The translations under genes were made by a program, and so were the position numbers. Below are positions 1 to 10,409 of a stretch of DNA of 64,000 nt, piece after piece. The stretch is from Acidaminococcaceae bacterium (GTDB lineage: Bacteria; Bacillota; Negativicutes; Acidaminococcales; Acidaminococcaceae). The notes under the pieces were generated by a model. It saw only the letters and a list, made by a program, of their open reading frames with translations. It had not been told where the DNA came from and ran no database searches. The stretch spans positions 7,128 to 71,127 of the forward strand of contig JAFZIG010000041.1 of assembly GCA_017554485.1 (NCBI GenBank), in the 5' to 3' direction. How positions within the stretch are numbered: position 1 is the first letter of the stretch; each line of letters starts with the position of its first letter.

Positions 1-615
1 ACCGGCCTCCGTGATTCCAACGTGTAGCGGATAATCGCACTGGGACGCCAATAAACGGTAAGCCGCCAGTGTCAGGGGCACGTCATGACATTTCAGGGAT
101 ACTTTGATGTTTCGGTACTCCATATCCTCCAGAATACGGATATGCCGCCAGGCAGCTTCCACCAGGGCTTCTGCCGTGGGATGCCCGTATTTTTCCAGCA
201 GGTCTTTTGGCAGTGAACCGGCGTTTACGCCGATACGAATGGGAATGTTTTTCGGCTTGGCGGCTTCCACCACCGCCTTCACCTTTTCGGTGCCCCCGAT
301 GTTTCCTGGGTTCAGTCTGAGCCCCTGCACACCGGACGCAATCGCCTGCAGGGCAAGCCGGTAATCAAAGTGTATGTCGGCAATCACCGGGATGGGACTG
401 CCTGCCACAATATTTTTTAGCGCCAGAGCAGCTTCCATATCCGGCACAGCGCAGCGGATGACATCGCAGCCCGCATCAGCCAACTGACGGATCTGTATTA
501 AGGTCGTCCGGGCGTCCTGGGTTTTGGTATTGGTCATGGACTGGACAGCGATGGGAGCATCACCGCCAATTGTGACGGAACCGACTTTTATCTGTCGTGT
601 ATTTCTGCGTTCCAT
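1..615 (-). CDS. ispG: (E)-4-hydroxy-3-methylbut-2-enyl-diphosphate synthase IspG, 5' part (runs off the window start)
   Basis: Not in ORF track; manual translation from ATG at 615 gives MERRNTRQIKVGSVTIGGDAPIAVQSMTNT...ADIHFDY...RLNPGNIG...RIGVNAGSL, typical IspG motifs; follows rseP. Confidence 0.95.
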   Translation of the reverse strand, partial: MERRNTRQIKVGSVTIGGDAPIAVQSMTNTKTQDARTTLIQIRQLADAGCDVIRCAVPDMEAALALKNIVAGSPIPVIADIHFDYRLALQAIASGVQGLRLNPGNIGGTEKVKAVVEAAKPKNIPIRIGVNAGSLPKDLLEKYGHPTAEALVEAAWRHIRILEDMEYRNIKVSLKCHDVPLTLAAYRLLASQCDYPLHVGITEAG

Positions 616-712
616 AGGTCACCTTCTATGAATATAATATTTGTTTTATCACCGGTATAACCGCAGGCGAACTGCACCAGGCAGACATACAAGTCGCCCT
701 GGTGCCAAACAG

Positions 713-1732
713 TTACCGTGTCAGATCTTTAAACGTAGCAAAAATCGTTAGGGCCAGGATCATGGCCACGCCCACCTTCTGGATGTTCTGCATGGCTGTC
801 TTCCCCAGTTTATGTCCGGTTACCGCCTCAATCAGCAGAATCAGGAAATGGCCGCCATCCAGTGCCGGCAGAGGCAGTAAGTTGATAATTGCCAGATTCA
901 GGCTCAGCATGGCCGTAAACTGCATGAGCCGGTCGAAGCCTTTATGGGCTACCTCGCCGGCCATCTTGGCAACGCCTACCGGTCCGGAAAACTCGGCCTT
1001 GGTTTTACCTGTTACCATATGATACAGCGAAGCATACATGTTCTTAATTATATTTTTCGTAGCGGTAACTGACGCAACTGCCGCTTGGACAGGCGACAGA
1101 TCCACCTTCTTTAATGAGGATACCACCCCGATAAAAGGCTTGCCGGTTTCAGGATTCACACCGGGCGTAACCGTTATCGTTAACTTTTCTTTATCTCTCT
1201 GAATCTCAAAAGGAATGGGCTTTGTACCTGCCTCTGCGATACAGTTCCGTATATCCAGCCATTTATTAACCGGTTTTCCATTTATAGATAGTATCCGGTC
1301 ACCTTCTTTTAAGCCGCTATGCTCCGCCGGATATCCTTCTATAATCTGACCTAACACAGGTTTATCTACCGGTACCTCCATCCCAAAGGCAAGAAAAATC
1401 CCGAAAAAAATCAACACCGGCAATAGAAAATTCATCAGGGAACCGGCCAAAATCACCAGCATCCGGGAAGAAACCGGCTTGGAATTGAAACCTCGTTCCA
1501 AATCTTCGGGATCTTCCGGATCCATCCCTGCAATTTTATTGTAGCCCCCCAAAGGCAACATGCGCAGCGAATACAGGGTCTCCCCTTCCTGCTGCTGATA
1601 AATGGTCGGTCCAAAGCCGATAGAAAACTCTTCTACCTTCATCCCTGTCAGTTTGGCCGTGATGAAATGTCCGAACTCATGGACCGTAACTAAAATGCCA
1701 AATACAAAAACACAAGCTAATATTGTTAACAA
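713..1732 (-). CDS. rseP: RIP metalloprotease RseP (M50, PDZ)
   Basis: HEFGH zinc motif, PDZ-like middle, NLLPLPALDGG motif; follows dxr. Confidence 0.95.
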   Translation of the reverse strand: MLTILACVFVFGILVTVHEFGHFITAKLTGMKVEEFSIGFGPTIYQQQEGETLYSLRMLPLGGYNKIAGMDPEDPEDLERGFNSKPVSSRMLVILAGSLMNFLLPVLIFFGIFLAFGMEVPVDKPVLGQIIEGYPAEHSGLKEGDRILSINGKPVNKWLDIRNCIAEAGTKPIPFEIQRDKEKLTITVTPGVNPETGKPFIGVVSSLKKVDLSPVQAAVASVTATKNIIKNMYASLYHMVTGKTKAEFSGPVGVAKMAGEVAHKGFDRLMQFTAMLSLNLAIINLLPLPALDGGHFLILLIEAVTGHKLGKTAMQNIQKVGVAMILALTIFATFKDLTR

Positions 1733-1834
1733 ATGCTGAGCTCCTTACATAAAACACTTTTTGCCTGCGCAAGGGCAAATTCTTGCAGACTTTCCATCGA
1801 TAACGAATATTTCTTTTACGAATCAGTAAAAGGA

Positions 1835-3022
1835 TTACCTGTGCGTAATCAATTCCTTCGTCCTTACACGGACGTTCCGGTCCGTTTCTTCAATTTCATC
1901 CAGACAGGGGTGCGGAATCATACTGTGAGAATCAACAACACGTTTTACGATTTCCGGTATATCCAGGTACGCAATTCTCCCGTCTAAAAATGCCGTTACA
2001 CATTCCTCGTTGGCGGCATTAAAGACACAGGGCAGGCTGCCTCCGGCTCTGCCGCAGTCAATGGCTGTCTGAAGAGATGGAAAAGCTTTCTTGTCAGGTT
2101 CCTCAAAGGTCAGATTTCCGCAACGGATTAAATCTAACTGTCCAAAGTTGCAGCTATAGCGTTCCGGATAAGAAAGCGCATACTGGATCGGTAGTTTCAT
2201 GTCCGGTATACCTAACTGGGCAATCACCGCGCCGTCGTTAAATTCCACCATAGAATGGACGATGCTTTGGGGATGGACCACCACGTCAATTTTATCATAA
2301 GGCATATTGAACAGCCAGTGGGCTTCGATAACTTCTAGGCCTTTATTGGCCAGAGTAGAACTGTCGATAGTAACCTTTGGACCCATGCTCCAGTTGGGGT
2401 GCTTCAGACATTGAGACAGAGTTACATGTTTCAGATCTTCCTTGGTTTTTCCGCGAAAGGGCCCACCGGATGCCGTCAAGATTAGTTTTTTGACTTCACT
2501 GCTTTTCCTGCCCTTTTCTGTAAAAGTAAGACAGGGGTGATACCCGCCACGCAGAGATTGAAAAATGGCGCTGTGCTCGCTGTCTACCGGCAGCAGGCTT
2601 ACGTTATGAGCCACTACTGCCTGCATGACAATATGTCCGGCAGCCACCAGTGTCTCTTTATTCGCAAGGGCAATGTTTTTGCCGGCTTCTATGGCAGCCA
2701 GTGTGGGACGCAGCCCGGCGTACCCTACCATAGCGCCCAATACCGTATCCGCTTTATCGTAAGTGGCGGCAGCAAGCAAACCTTCCCGCCCTGCAAGTAT
2801 CTCCGTTTTCCCATGATACTGCTTTTGCAGTTCAGCCGCGGCGTCTTTATCTGTCAGCACTGCCAGGTTGGGCTGAAAGGATTCTATCTGCTGCCGCATC
2901 AGATTAACATTCCTGTGGGCTGCCAGAACACGTATCTTCAGTTTTTCCGGATTGGCAGCCGCTACTTCCAGGGTCTGACGGCCAATGGAACCCGTGCTGC
3001 CCAATACAGAAATATTCTTCAT
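1835..3022 (-). CDS. dxr: 1-deoxy-D-xylulose-5-phosphate reductoisomerase
   Basis: LGSTGSIG, LANKE, PVDSEHSAIFQ, LTASGGPF, HPNWSMG, NKGLEVIEA motifs. Confidence 0.97.
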   Translation of the reverse strand: MKNISVLGSTGSIGRQTLEVAAANPEKLKIRVLAAHRNVNLMRQQIESFQPNLAVLTDKDAAAELQKQYHGKTEILAGREGLLAAATYDKADTVLGAMVGYAGLRPTLAAIEAGKNIALANKETLVAAGHIVMQAVVAHNVSLLPVDSEHSAIFQSLRGGYHPCLTFTEKGRKSSEVKKLILTASGGPFRGKTKEDLKHVTLSQCLKHPNWSMGPKVTIDSSTLANKGLEVIEAHWLFNMPYDKIDVVVHPQSIVHSMVEFNDGAVIAQLGIPDMKLPIQYALSYPERYSCNFGQLDLIRCGNLTFEEPDKKAFPSLQTAIDCGRAGGSLPCVFNAANEECVTAFLDGRIAYLDIPEIVKRVVDSHSMIPHPCLDEIEETDRNVRVRTKELITHR

Positions 3023-3074
3023 TACAAACTCCCGTTCCGCCGGCTATGAACCTACGGACAATAATCGGATTAAA

Positions 3075-3905
3075 TTAAACACTCAATAACTTCATCACAT
3101 AATATACTGCCGGTACGGCGAACAGCAGACTGTCAAAACGGTCCAGCACTCCGCCATGGCCGGGAAAGAAATTTCCAGAATCCTTGATTTCAAAAGAACG
3201 TTTCAGTATAGATTCAATCAAATCCCCCACAGGTGCGAAAAATGCAACCGTTAACCCTAACAACAGCGCAGGAATCAGGCCAGTATGCAACCCATGATAC
3301 GCGATACCACCCGTTACTGCAAAAGCAAAGATAAATCCTGCTGCTGCGCCTTCCATGGATTTTTTAGGGCTTACAAAACAAAATTTATGTTTGCCCAAGG
3401 CTATGCCAAAAAAATAAGCGAAAGTATCACTGGCCCAGGTACCTAACAGTACCATCCATAAAGCAAGCTCTCCCTGTGAAAAATGAAGTCCCAGATAATT
3501 TATACATTCTGGAGAATATTCCCGAATTAGGGGAATATGGGCAAACAACAGGCCCACATACAGTAAAGCCATCAACGAATTGGAAACATGCAAAGACCAA
3601 TTTGCTTCGCCGCAGTTACAGTGCCTGAATAAGCCCTCAAATAAAATACCAAGTACTGCAAAAGTTAAAATTGGCATAAAATATTCTTTTTTCCCGGCAC
3701 CAGCCGCAGCAACCAACAACATGGACGGTAAAAAAGATGTCAATTTATAAGTATGGACATCTTTTGCATCGGCCATCCGGGCATATTCCCGCCAAGCCGC
3801 TAATGATAGGATAATAACAGCAACCGTGAAAAACAGGCCGCCTCTTGTCACCAGAAACACAGCCACCGGTATGCCGATGATCCCCGTTAAAATACGTTTA
3901 AACAA
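3075..3905 (-). CDS. cdsA: phosphatidate cytidylyltransferase
   Basis: Multi-TM protein with SPKKSMEG and IKDSG..PGHGGVLDRFDS motifs. Confidence 0.95.
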   Translation of the reverse strand: MFKRILTGIIGIPVAVFLVTRGGLFFTVAVIILSLAAWREYARMADAKDVHTYKLTSFLPSMLLVAAAGAGKKEYFMPILTFAVLGILFEGLFRHCNCGEANWSLHVSNSLMALLYVGLLFAHIPLIREYSPECINYLGLHFSQGELALWMVLLGTWASDTFAYFFGIALGKHKFCFVSPKKSMEGAAAGFIFAFAVTGGIAYHGLHTGLIPALLLGLTVAFFAPVGDLIESILKRSFEIKDSGNFFPGHGGVLDRFDSLLFAVPAVYYVMKLLSV

Positions 3906-3970
3906 AATCCTTCATCCTTCAGGCAACACTGCTTCTTTCACAGTGTGCTTCTAAAAATATAATGAATAAA

Positions 3971-4756
3971 CTACTTTTGGACAAGTCCGCCAAATCGTCG
4001 TTCCCGGTTCTGATAAGCTTTGATCGCTTCCACCAGCAAATCCGGTGTGAAATCAGGCCATAAAACCGGAGTTGTCCAAATTTCGGAATAAGCAATCTGC
4101 CATAACAAAAAGTTACTTATCCGTAGGTCCCCGCCGGTACGGATCAGAAGATCCGGAGCAGGCAGTCCTTTAGAATATAAATTATCTTCAAACACAGAGG
4201 CATTGATATCTTCAATATTTAACGCACCATCCGCTACTTGCCTGGCGATAGCTTTAACAGCATGAAGAATTTCCGCCTGTCCTCCGTAATTAATTGCCAG
4301 ATTCAAAATAATGCCAGTATTATACTTTGTTTCTTCTATGGCATGATCCATCCTCTCATTCACGATAGGAGGATTTTCGTCCCTCGATCCAGCAAAACGT
4401 ACCTGTACATTATTCTCTTTCATTTCCTGTAACTGAATGCTGAGGTTATGACTGATCAGTTTCATAAGAAACTGTACTTCCGGCAAAGGACGTCTCCAGT
4501 TTTCAGTAGAAAAAACATATGCCGTTAATACTTTGATTCCCAGACTGTCAGCTGCTTTTATAATCGTCTTTAAAGAATCTACACCCGCTTTATGGCCTAA
4601 GGTCCGCACGCCTCCCCGTGATTTTGCCCAACGACCGTTGCCATCCATAATAATCGCAATATGTTGCGGCATATTGGACAGATCCAGTCCGTCAGTGTTT
4701 ACTTTAACCTTGGCTGGTTTGGAACTGATAGTTTTTTGAATTAACGTTTTTAACAT
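3971..4756 (-). CDS. uppS: undecaprenyl diphosphate synthase (isoprenyl transferase)
   Basis: HIAIIMDGNGRWA, FSTENWRRP, DLLIRTGG..RISNFLLWQ motifs. Confidence 0.97.
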   Translation of the reverse strand: MLKTLIQKTISSKPAKVKVNTDGLDLSNMPQHIAIIMDGNGRWAKSRGGVRTLGHKAGVDSLKTIIKAADSLGIKVLTAYVFSTENWRRPLPEVQFLMKLISHNLSIQLQEMKENNVQVRFAGSRDENPPIVNERMDHAIEETKYNTGIILNLAINYGGQAEILHAVKAIARQVADGALNIEDINASVFEDNLYSKGLPAPDLLIRTGGDLRISNFLLWQIAYSEIWTTPVLWPDFTPDLLVEAIKAYQNRERRFGGLVQK

Positions 4757-4789
4757 AAAGACACGCCCTTTGGTAAAAGAAAAATGTAC

Positions 4790-4817
4790 CTCCCCCCCTG
4801 CCGAAACAGAAGGGGAG
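4790..4817 (-). terminator. GC-rich hairpin after the ferredoxin gene
   Basis: CTCCCC(C/T)(C/T)CTG...CAG stem; followed on the minus strand by GTACATTTTT. Confidence 0.5.
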
Positions 4818-4831
4818 TTTACGGCAAGAAA

Positions 4832-5008
4832 TTATTCCTGAGAAATCGCGCCTACCGGGCAGTTCGCCGCGCATGCGCCGCATTCTACACATTCGTCAGC
4901 GGTGATCTGGTATTTGCCTTCACCGTCTTCTTTCGGTGCGCCTACCGGGCAAGTGCTGGCACAAGTGCCACAGCCTACGCAAGCGTCAGTATCAATTTTA
5001 TAAGCCAT
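4832..5008 (-). CDS. 2[4Fe-4S] clostridial-type ferredoxin, 58 aa (below ORF-track cutoff)
   Basis: Manual translation MAYKIDTDACVGCGTCASTCPVGAPKEDGEGKYQITADECVECGACAANCPVGAISQE*; two CxxCxxCxxxCP motifs; AAGGAGG RBS upstream. Confidence 0.95.
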   Translation of the reverse strand: MAYKIDTDACVGCGTCASTCPVGAPKEDGEGKYQITADECVECGACAANCPVGAISQE

Positions 5009-5224
5009 GCTTGAGCACCTCCTTTCTCCTCTTCGTAATAGTACTCAATAGAATTTTATAGCCAGGCAGTTCCTGCTGCCCGACAACATATTCTTCCATA
5101 CGGCAATTATCTTTAATATCATGCCGATATCCGGAAGAAATACGTACTACCTGATAATCAAAGCCAATGACTGTAGTAATTCTCTTTACTCTTGCAAGCG
5201 GCAGGTCAACAAAAGACACAAAAC

Positions 5225-5787
5225 TTATACTTCCATAATTTCTTTTTCTTTTGCCGCTATTACCTTGTCAATTTCTTTCATCATTTTATCAGTCAGCTTC
5301 TGTGCCTTATCCTGACCTTCTTTGGAATCATCTTCTGTAATCTGCTTTGCTTTTTCAGCCTTTTTAATCCCGTCAATAATATCACGGCGCATGTTACGGA
5401 TGCTCACGCGGGCTTCTTCCGTACGCTTATTGGCCGTTTTCACCAGTTCTTTTCTGCGTTCTTCCGTCAGCTGGGGAAGATTTAACCGGATAACGGAACC
5501 GTCGGTATTGGGATTCAGTCCCAAATCGGAGGTCATGATCGCCTTGGAAATCGCTTTGACCATGCTCTTTTCCCAGGGGGTAATAACAATCATGCGGGGT
5601 TCAGGTACACCGATATTGGCTACCTGGTTGATAGGTGTGGGAGTACCGTAATAATCCACTGTAATCTTGTTCAGCAACGCAGGAGTAGCCCGTCCCGCAC
5701 GCAGACCAGCCAAATCTTCGCGAAGATAGGAAATGGACTTTTTCATTTTTTCTTCATTGTTTGTTAAGAGTTCCTCAATCGTAGCCA

Positions 5788-5788
<1 letters not shown>
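5225..5788 (-). CDS. frr: ribosome recycling factor
   Basis: LRAGRATP, YYGTPTP, DLGLNP, LTEERRKEL motifs; TAATG overlap with pyrH stop. Confidence 0.97.
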
Positions 5789-6534
<746 letters not shown>

Positions 6535-6594
6535 TTAACAGTCACTCAAAAACTAAATTCCAGATAGATGATACTTGCTGACATATTTCAAATC

Positions 6595-6623
6595 ATTATA
6601 CCACATCTTGCGTTAATCTACAA
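6595..6623 (-). promoter_or_regulatory. sigma-A promoter for pyrH
   Basis: TTGTAG-17nt-TATAAT with extended -10 TG. Confidence 0.6.
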
Positions 6624-6627
6624 AGAA

Positions 6628-6657
6628 AAAAGACTGCAAAATAATTTGCAGTCTTTT
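6628..6657 (-). terminator. intrinsic terminator after tsf
   Basis: 13-bp perfect stem AAAAGACTGCAAA/TTTGCAGTCTTTT, 4-nt loop, followed by a T tract. Confidence 0.8.
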
Positions 6658-6669
6658 ATGTCAGACATA

Positions 6670-7551
6670 TTATTTATTTACGAAAGCAGCAACTTCTTCC
6701 GCAAAGTTTTCTTTTTTCTTTTCAATGCCTTCACCCAACTGGAAACGTGCAAAACGGGCAACATCCGCATTTTTGGATTTCAACAGTTTGCTGATGGTCA
6801 GGTCGCCACCCCGGATATATTCCTGATCAACCAGACATACTTCTTTATAATATTTGTTGATACGACCCATAACCATCTTGGCAATGATGTTTTCCGGTTT
6901 GCCTTCGTTCCGGGCCTGCTCGGTCAGAATCTCTTTTTCATGCTCCAGTTCGGAAGCAGGAACTACGGAACGATCTAAGAACTGGGGATTAGCAGCGGCA
7001 ACCTGCATGGCAATATCTTTGCCCAATTCTACATCTCCGCCTTTCATATCTACGAGAACACCTATTTTTCCGCCTGCATGGATATAGCTGTAAACTTTGC
7101 CTTCTGCACTTTCATAACGGACAAAACGACGAACGGAAATGTTCTCACCGATTTTGGCAATGGCTTCGGTAACAACGTCTTTTACAGCTTTGCCACCCAG
7201 TTCAGAAACCAGCAGAGTGTCAACATCAGCCGGATTGGTTTTGGCAATATGTGCGGCAATGGATTTTGCCAATGCCTGGAAGTTTTCGTTCTTGCCTACA
7301 AAGTCAGTTTCGCAGTTAACCTCTACAATTACGCCTACTTTGCCGTCTTCAGTAACATGAGCCGCAACAGCACCTTCCGCGGCAACGCGGCCGGCTTTTT
7401 TCGCAGCCTGGGACAATCCTTTTTCGCGCAGGAAGTCGATTGCTTTCTCCATATCGCCTTCGGTAGCGACCAGTGCTTTTTTGCAGTCCATCATGCCAGC
7501 ACCGGTACGTTCGCGCAGTTCTTTAACAATTGCAGCTGTAATCTGTGCCAT
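6670..7551 (-). CDS. tsf: elongation factor Ts
   Basis: ELRERTGAGMMDCKKAL, VEVNCETDFV motifs. Confidence 0.98.
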   Translation of the reverse strand: MAQITAAIVKELRERTGAGMMDCKKALVATEGDMEKAIDFLREKGLSQAAKKAGRVAAEGAVAAHVTEDGKVGVIVEVNCETDFVGKNENFQALAKSIAAHIAKTNPADVDTLLVSELGGKAVKDVVTEAIAKIGENISVRRFVRYESAEGKVYSYIHAGGKIGVLVDMKGGDVELGKDIAMQVAAANPQFLDRSVVPASELEHEKEILTEQARNEGKPENIIAKMVMGRINKYYKEVCLVDQEYIRGGDLTISKLLKSKNADVARFARFQLGEGIEKKKENFAEEVAAFVNK

Positions 7552-7601
7552 ATTAAAATCCTCCTGTATTTTAATAGTTTCTGATAATTTTACAGTTAAA
7601 T

Positions 7602-7627
7602 AAAGGGAACCGCGACGGGTTCCCTTT
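7602..7627 (-). terminator. hairpin between rpsB and tsf
   Basis: 10-bp stem AAAGGGAACC/GGTTCCCTTT with a short U tail; partial terminator or mRNA stabiliser. Confidence 0.5.
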
Positions 7628-7674
7628 CGAGAGCATCACACTAAAGGTTCCGGAACCGAAAACCATTTGTGAAA

Positions 7675-8418
7675 TTATTCTGCATCTGCAGCAGATTCTT
7701 CCGCAGGAGCTTCTGCCGCTTCCGCGGTCTGCTGGCCCTGACGGCCTTCCAGTACGGCGTCAGCCATCTTGCTGGCCAGTAAACGTACGGCACGAATCGC
7801 GTCGTCGTTTGCCGGAATTACATAATCTACTTCGTCCGGATCGCAGTTGGTATCTACGGTGGCTACGATCGGGATATTTAACTTGCGGGCTTCCAGCACC
7901 GCAATGTGTTCTTTGCGGGGATCCACTACGAACAGGGCTGCCGGCAGTTTCTTCATTTCTTTGATGCCGCCCAGGTTCCGGTTCAGCTTTTCCATTTCAT
8001 GACGCAGACCCAAAACTTCTTTCTTCGGCAGAACGTCAAAGGTTCCGTCTTCTTCCATCTTTTCCAGCTGGCGCAGACGGGCTACCCGCTTCTGGATGGT
8101 CTTGAAGTTGGTCATCATGCCGCCCAGCCAGCGTTCGTTCACAAAGAACTGGTTGCAGCGGATCGCTTCTTCCTTCATAGCTTCCTGAGCCTGTTTTTTG
8201 GTACCGACGAACAGAATGTTGCCGCCGTTCTGTGCAGTCTCACGAATAAAGTTGTAAGCTTCGTCAACTTTTTTAACGGTCTTCTGCAGGTCAATGATGT
8301 AGATACCGTTACGTTCGGTGAAGATGTACTTCGCCATTTTGGGATTCCAGCGACGGGTCTGATGACCGAAATGTACGCCGGCTTCCAGCAACTGTTTCAT
8401 AGAAATAATACTGCTCAT
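7675..8418 (-). CDS. rpsB: 30S ribosomal protein S2 (start revised from 8550 to 8418)
   Basis: [38 protein letters not shown]; GGAGG RBS before ATG 8418. Confidence 0.98.
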   Translation of the reverse strand: MSSIISMKQLLEAGVHFGHQTRRWNPKMAKYIFTERNGIYIIDLQKTVKKVDEAYNFIRETAQNGGNILFVGTKKQAQEAMKEEAIRCNQFFVNERWLGGMMTNFKTIQKRVARLRQLEKMEEDGTFDVLPKKEVLGLRHEMEKLNRNLGGIKEMKKLPAALFVVDPRKEHIAVLEARKLNIPIVATVDTNCDPDEVDYVIPANDDAIRAVRLLASKMADAVLEGRQGQQTAEAAEAPAEESAADAE

Positions 8419-8515
8419 GTTTTTTCCTCCTGTTTTTCCTCCGCAGCCTTCTTTGTATTCGGGTTCACCGCCTGCGCGGACAGTACCCATCCGGCTGCGT
8501 GTGTATTGAAACACT
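8419..8515 (-). promoter_or_regulatory. structured rpsB 5' leader (probable S2 autoregulatory element)
   Basis: About 95-nt GC-rich leader between promoter and RBS; CGCAGCC...GGCTGCG ends can pair. Confidence 0.5.
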
Positions 8516-8521
8516 TGAAGT

Positions 8522-8550
8522 ATTATAGCACAGTCATTATTATCAGGCAA
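8522..8550 (-). promoter_or_regulatory. sigma-A promoter of rpsB-tsf
   Basis: TTGCCT-17nt-TATAAT with TG extended -10. Confidence 0.8.
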
Positions 8551-8578
8551 GGCCTTTTTTAAGATTACACTAATATTT

Positions 8579-10081
8579 TTATTGCATGATTCCCAAAGTC
8601 TTTTTTATGTTCTGTGCCATCTCCCCTGCAGCAATGACATCCTTATGGATGACTGGCAGCGTTTCCAGCGCGGTGACCTGGGCCGGTACGGGAGTCTCCG
8701 TTTCCGTCGCCAGCCTGTGAACCGCAGCAAAGGGATCCTTTTCATCCAGTCCTTCGCCTTTGCCGATCCCCTCCAGAACTGTTGAACAGAACTTGTAGGG
8801 ACTTGCGGTAGACAGGACGACGATGTAACTGTCATCACCGCTCAAAAGACGGTATTTTTCAGCTGCCCGCCAGGCCACAGCCGTATGGGGATCGATCAGA
8901 TATTCAAAATCGTTGTGGACACGTCCTATGGTGTCCACCGTTTCCCTTTCGTCGATCCACGCAGCAAAAAACAAATCACGTACCTGATCTGCCACATCTT
9001 TGGAAACTTCGTATTTTCCCGCAGCGTTCAGCTGAGCCATCCATTCCGCAACCTGTGCCGCGTCATTTCCCGTCAGGTCGAACAACAGCCGTTCCAGATT
9101 GCTGGAAACCAGGATGTCCATAGAAGGCGAAACCGTTTTATTCAACACGCGGTTTTTATCATACACACCTGTATTGATAAAATCTGTCAGCACGTTATTG
9201 GAATTGGAAGCACAAATAAAGCATTTAACCGGAAGACCCATCTTCTTGGCGTAATAACCTGCCAGTATGTCGCCAAAGTTGCCGGTGGGAACAGAAAAAA
9301 TAATCTTTTCTCCCGGCCTGATGCGCTCATTTGCTACCGCATCGGAATAAGCCTTGAAATAATAAGCAATCTGCGGCGCCAGTCTTCCCCAGTTGATAGA
9401 ATTGGCAGACGAAAATACCCAGCCGCATTCCTTCAGTTCTTTTTCCAGATCAGGGTCAGCGAATATATCTTTTACGCCCCGCTGGGCATCATCAAAATTA
9501 CCGCGGATACCGAAAACCTTTGTGTTATTACCCTGCTGGGTCACCATCTGCAGTTTCTGTACCTGGCTTACACCATCATCCGGATAGAATACAATGATTT
9601 CCGTGCCCGGAACATCGGCAAAACCTTCCAGGGCAGCTTTACCTGTATCACCGGAGGTCGCAACCAGGATAACGATCCGGATATCCGATCCTGTCTTTTC
9701 CTGAGCTTTCGTCATAAGACGGGGTAAAATCTGCAGCGCGAAGTCCTTAAATGCCATAGTGGGACCGTGCCATAATTCCAACACGTCCGTATGTTCTCCC
9801 ACCTTGCGCAGCGGCGCCGGGTCAGTCCCGAACTTTTCGGGTGAATAAGCTGCTGCAGCACAATCTCCCAGCTCTTCTGCACTGTAATCCGTAAGAAAAT
9901 AGCTCAGGATTTTGGCGGCACACTGTTCGTAGGACAACGCGTTCATCCCCAGTATCGCATCCAAAGAAAGGTACGGAAATGTCTGGGGAACAAATAACCC
10001 GCCGTCACCGGCCAGACCTTCTTTAATCGCATGGGCGGAAGATACCTTGCCAACCTGCCCTCTGGTACTAACAAATAACAT
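8579..10081 (-). CDS. thrC: threonine synthase
   Basis: [21 protein letters not shown] (PLP Lys), [25 protein letters not shown]. Confidence 0.95.
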   Translation of the reverse strand: MLFVSTRGQVGKVSSAHAIKEGLAGDGGLFVPQTFPYLSLDAILGMNALSYEQCAAKILSYFLTDYSAEELGDCAAAAYSPEKFGTDPAPLRKVGEHTDVLELWHGPTMAFKDFALQILPRLMTKAQEKTGSDIRIVILVATSGDTGKAALEGFADVPGTEIIVFYPDDGVSQVQKLQMVTQQGNNTKVFGIRGNFDDAQRGVKDIFADPDLEKELKECGWVFSSANSINWGRLAPQIAYYFKAYSDAVANERIRPGEKIIFSVPTGNFGDILAGYYAKKMGLPVKCFICASNSNNVLTDFINTGVYDKNRVLNKTVSPSMDILVSSNLERLLFDLTGNDAAQVAEWMAQLNAAGKYEVSKDVADQVRDLFFAAWIDERETVDTIGRVHNDFEYLIDPHTAVAWRAAEKYRLLSGDDSYIVVLSTASPYKFCSTVLEGIGKGEGLDEKDPFAAVHRLATETETPVPAQVTALETLPVIHKDVIAAGEMAQNIKKTLGIMQ

Positions 10082-10409
10082 TTTACCTTGTCTCCTCTTT
10101 CACAAAATTAAAAAACTGCCACGGCCCGGGTCGTCCTCAACAAATAATAAATTCAACCGGTATGCTTGCCGCATTTGTTTTCTTTATTTTTCTCATGCAG
10201 ATTTACTCCTGCGATTATATATAGTACCCTAAAATATGGAAAAACGCAAATATCTCTGCTATAATTTATATTAAAGATAAAGACATTTAAGAATTTTATA
10301 GTCCCCTAATTACTAAAATTTTGTTTTTTTATTTTTCAAAACCGTTTTTTACTGTTACAATTACATTAAAAATACATTGCATATATCTTTTGCAGAAAGA
10401 GGCATAAAA

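Noticed and set aside
4843-4965. Repeated GCGCCTACCGGGCA sequence suggesting a repeat array or CRISPR
   Set aside because: These are the two CPVGA motifs of the internally duplicated ferredoxin
4998-5219. 73-aa ORF between frr and the ferredoxin
   Set aside because: No RBS or motif; it overlaps the ferredoxin start and RBS; likely spurious
7675-8550. ORF-track N-terminal extensions of rpsB (and of mutL, cobC, ndk, fabK, nadE and the response regulator)
   Set aside because: Internal ATGs with good RBSs match family N-termini; the extensions overlap promoters or leaders
10082-10230. Possible T-box upstream of thrC
   Set aside because: No T-box consensus (GGTGG.ACC.CG) and no convincing terminator/antiterminator
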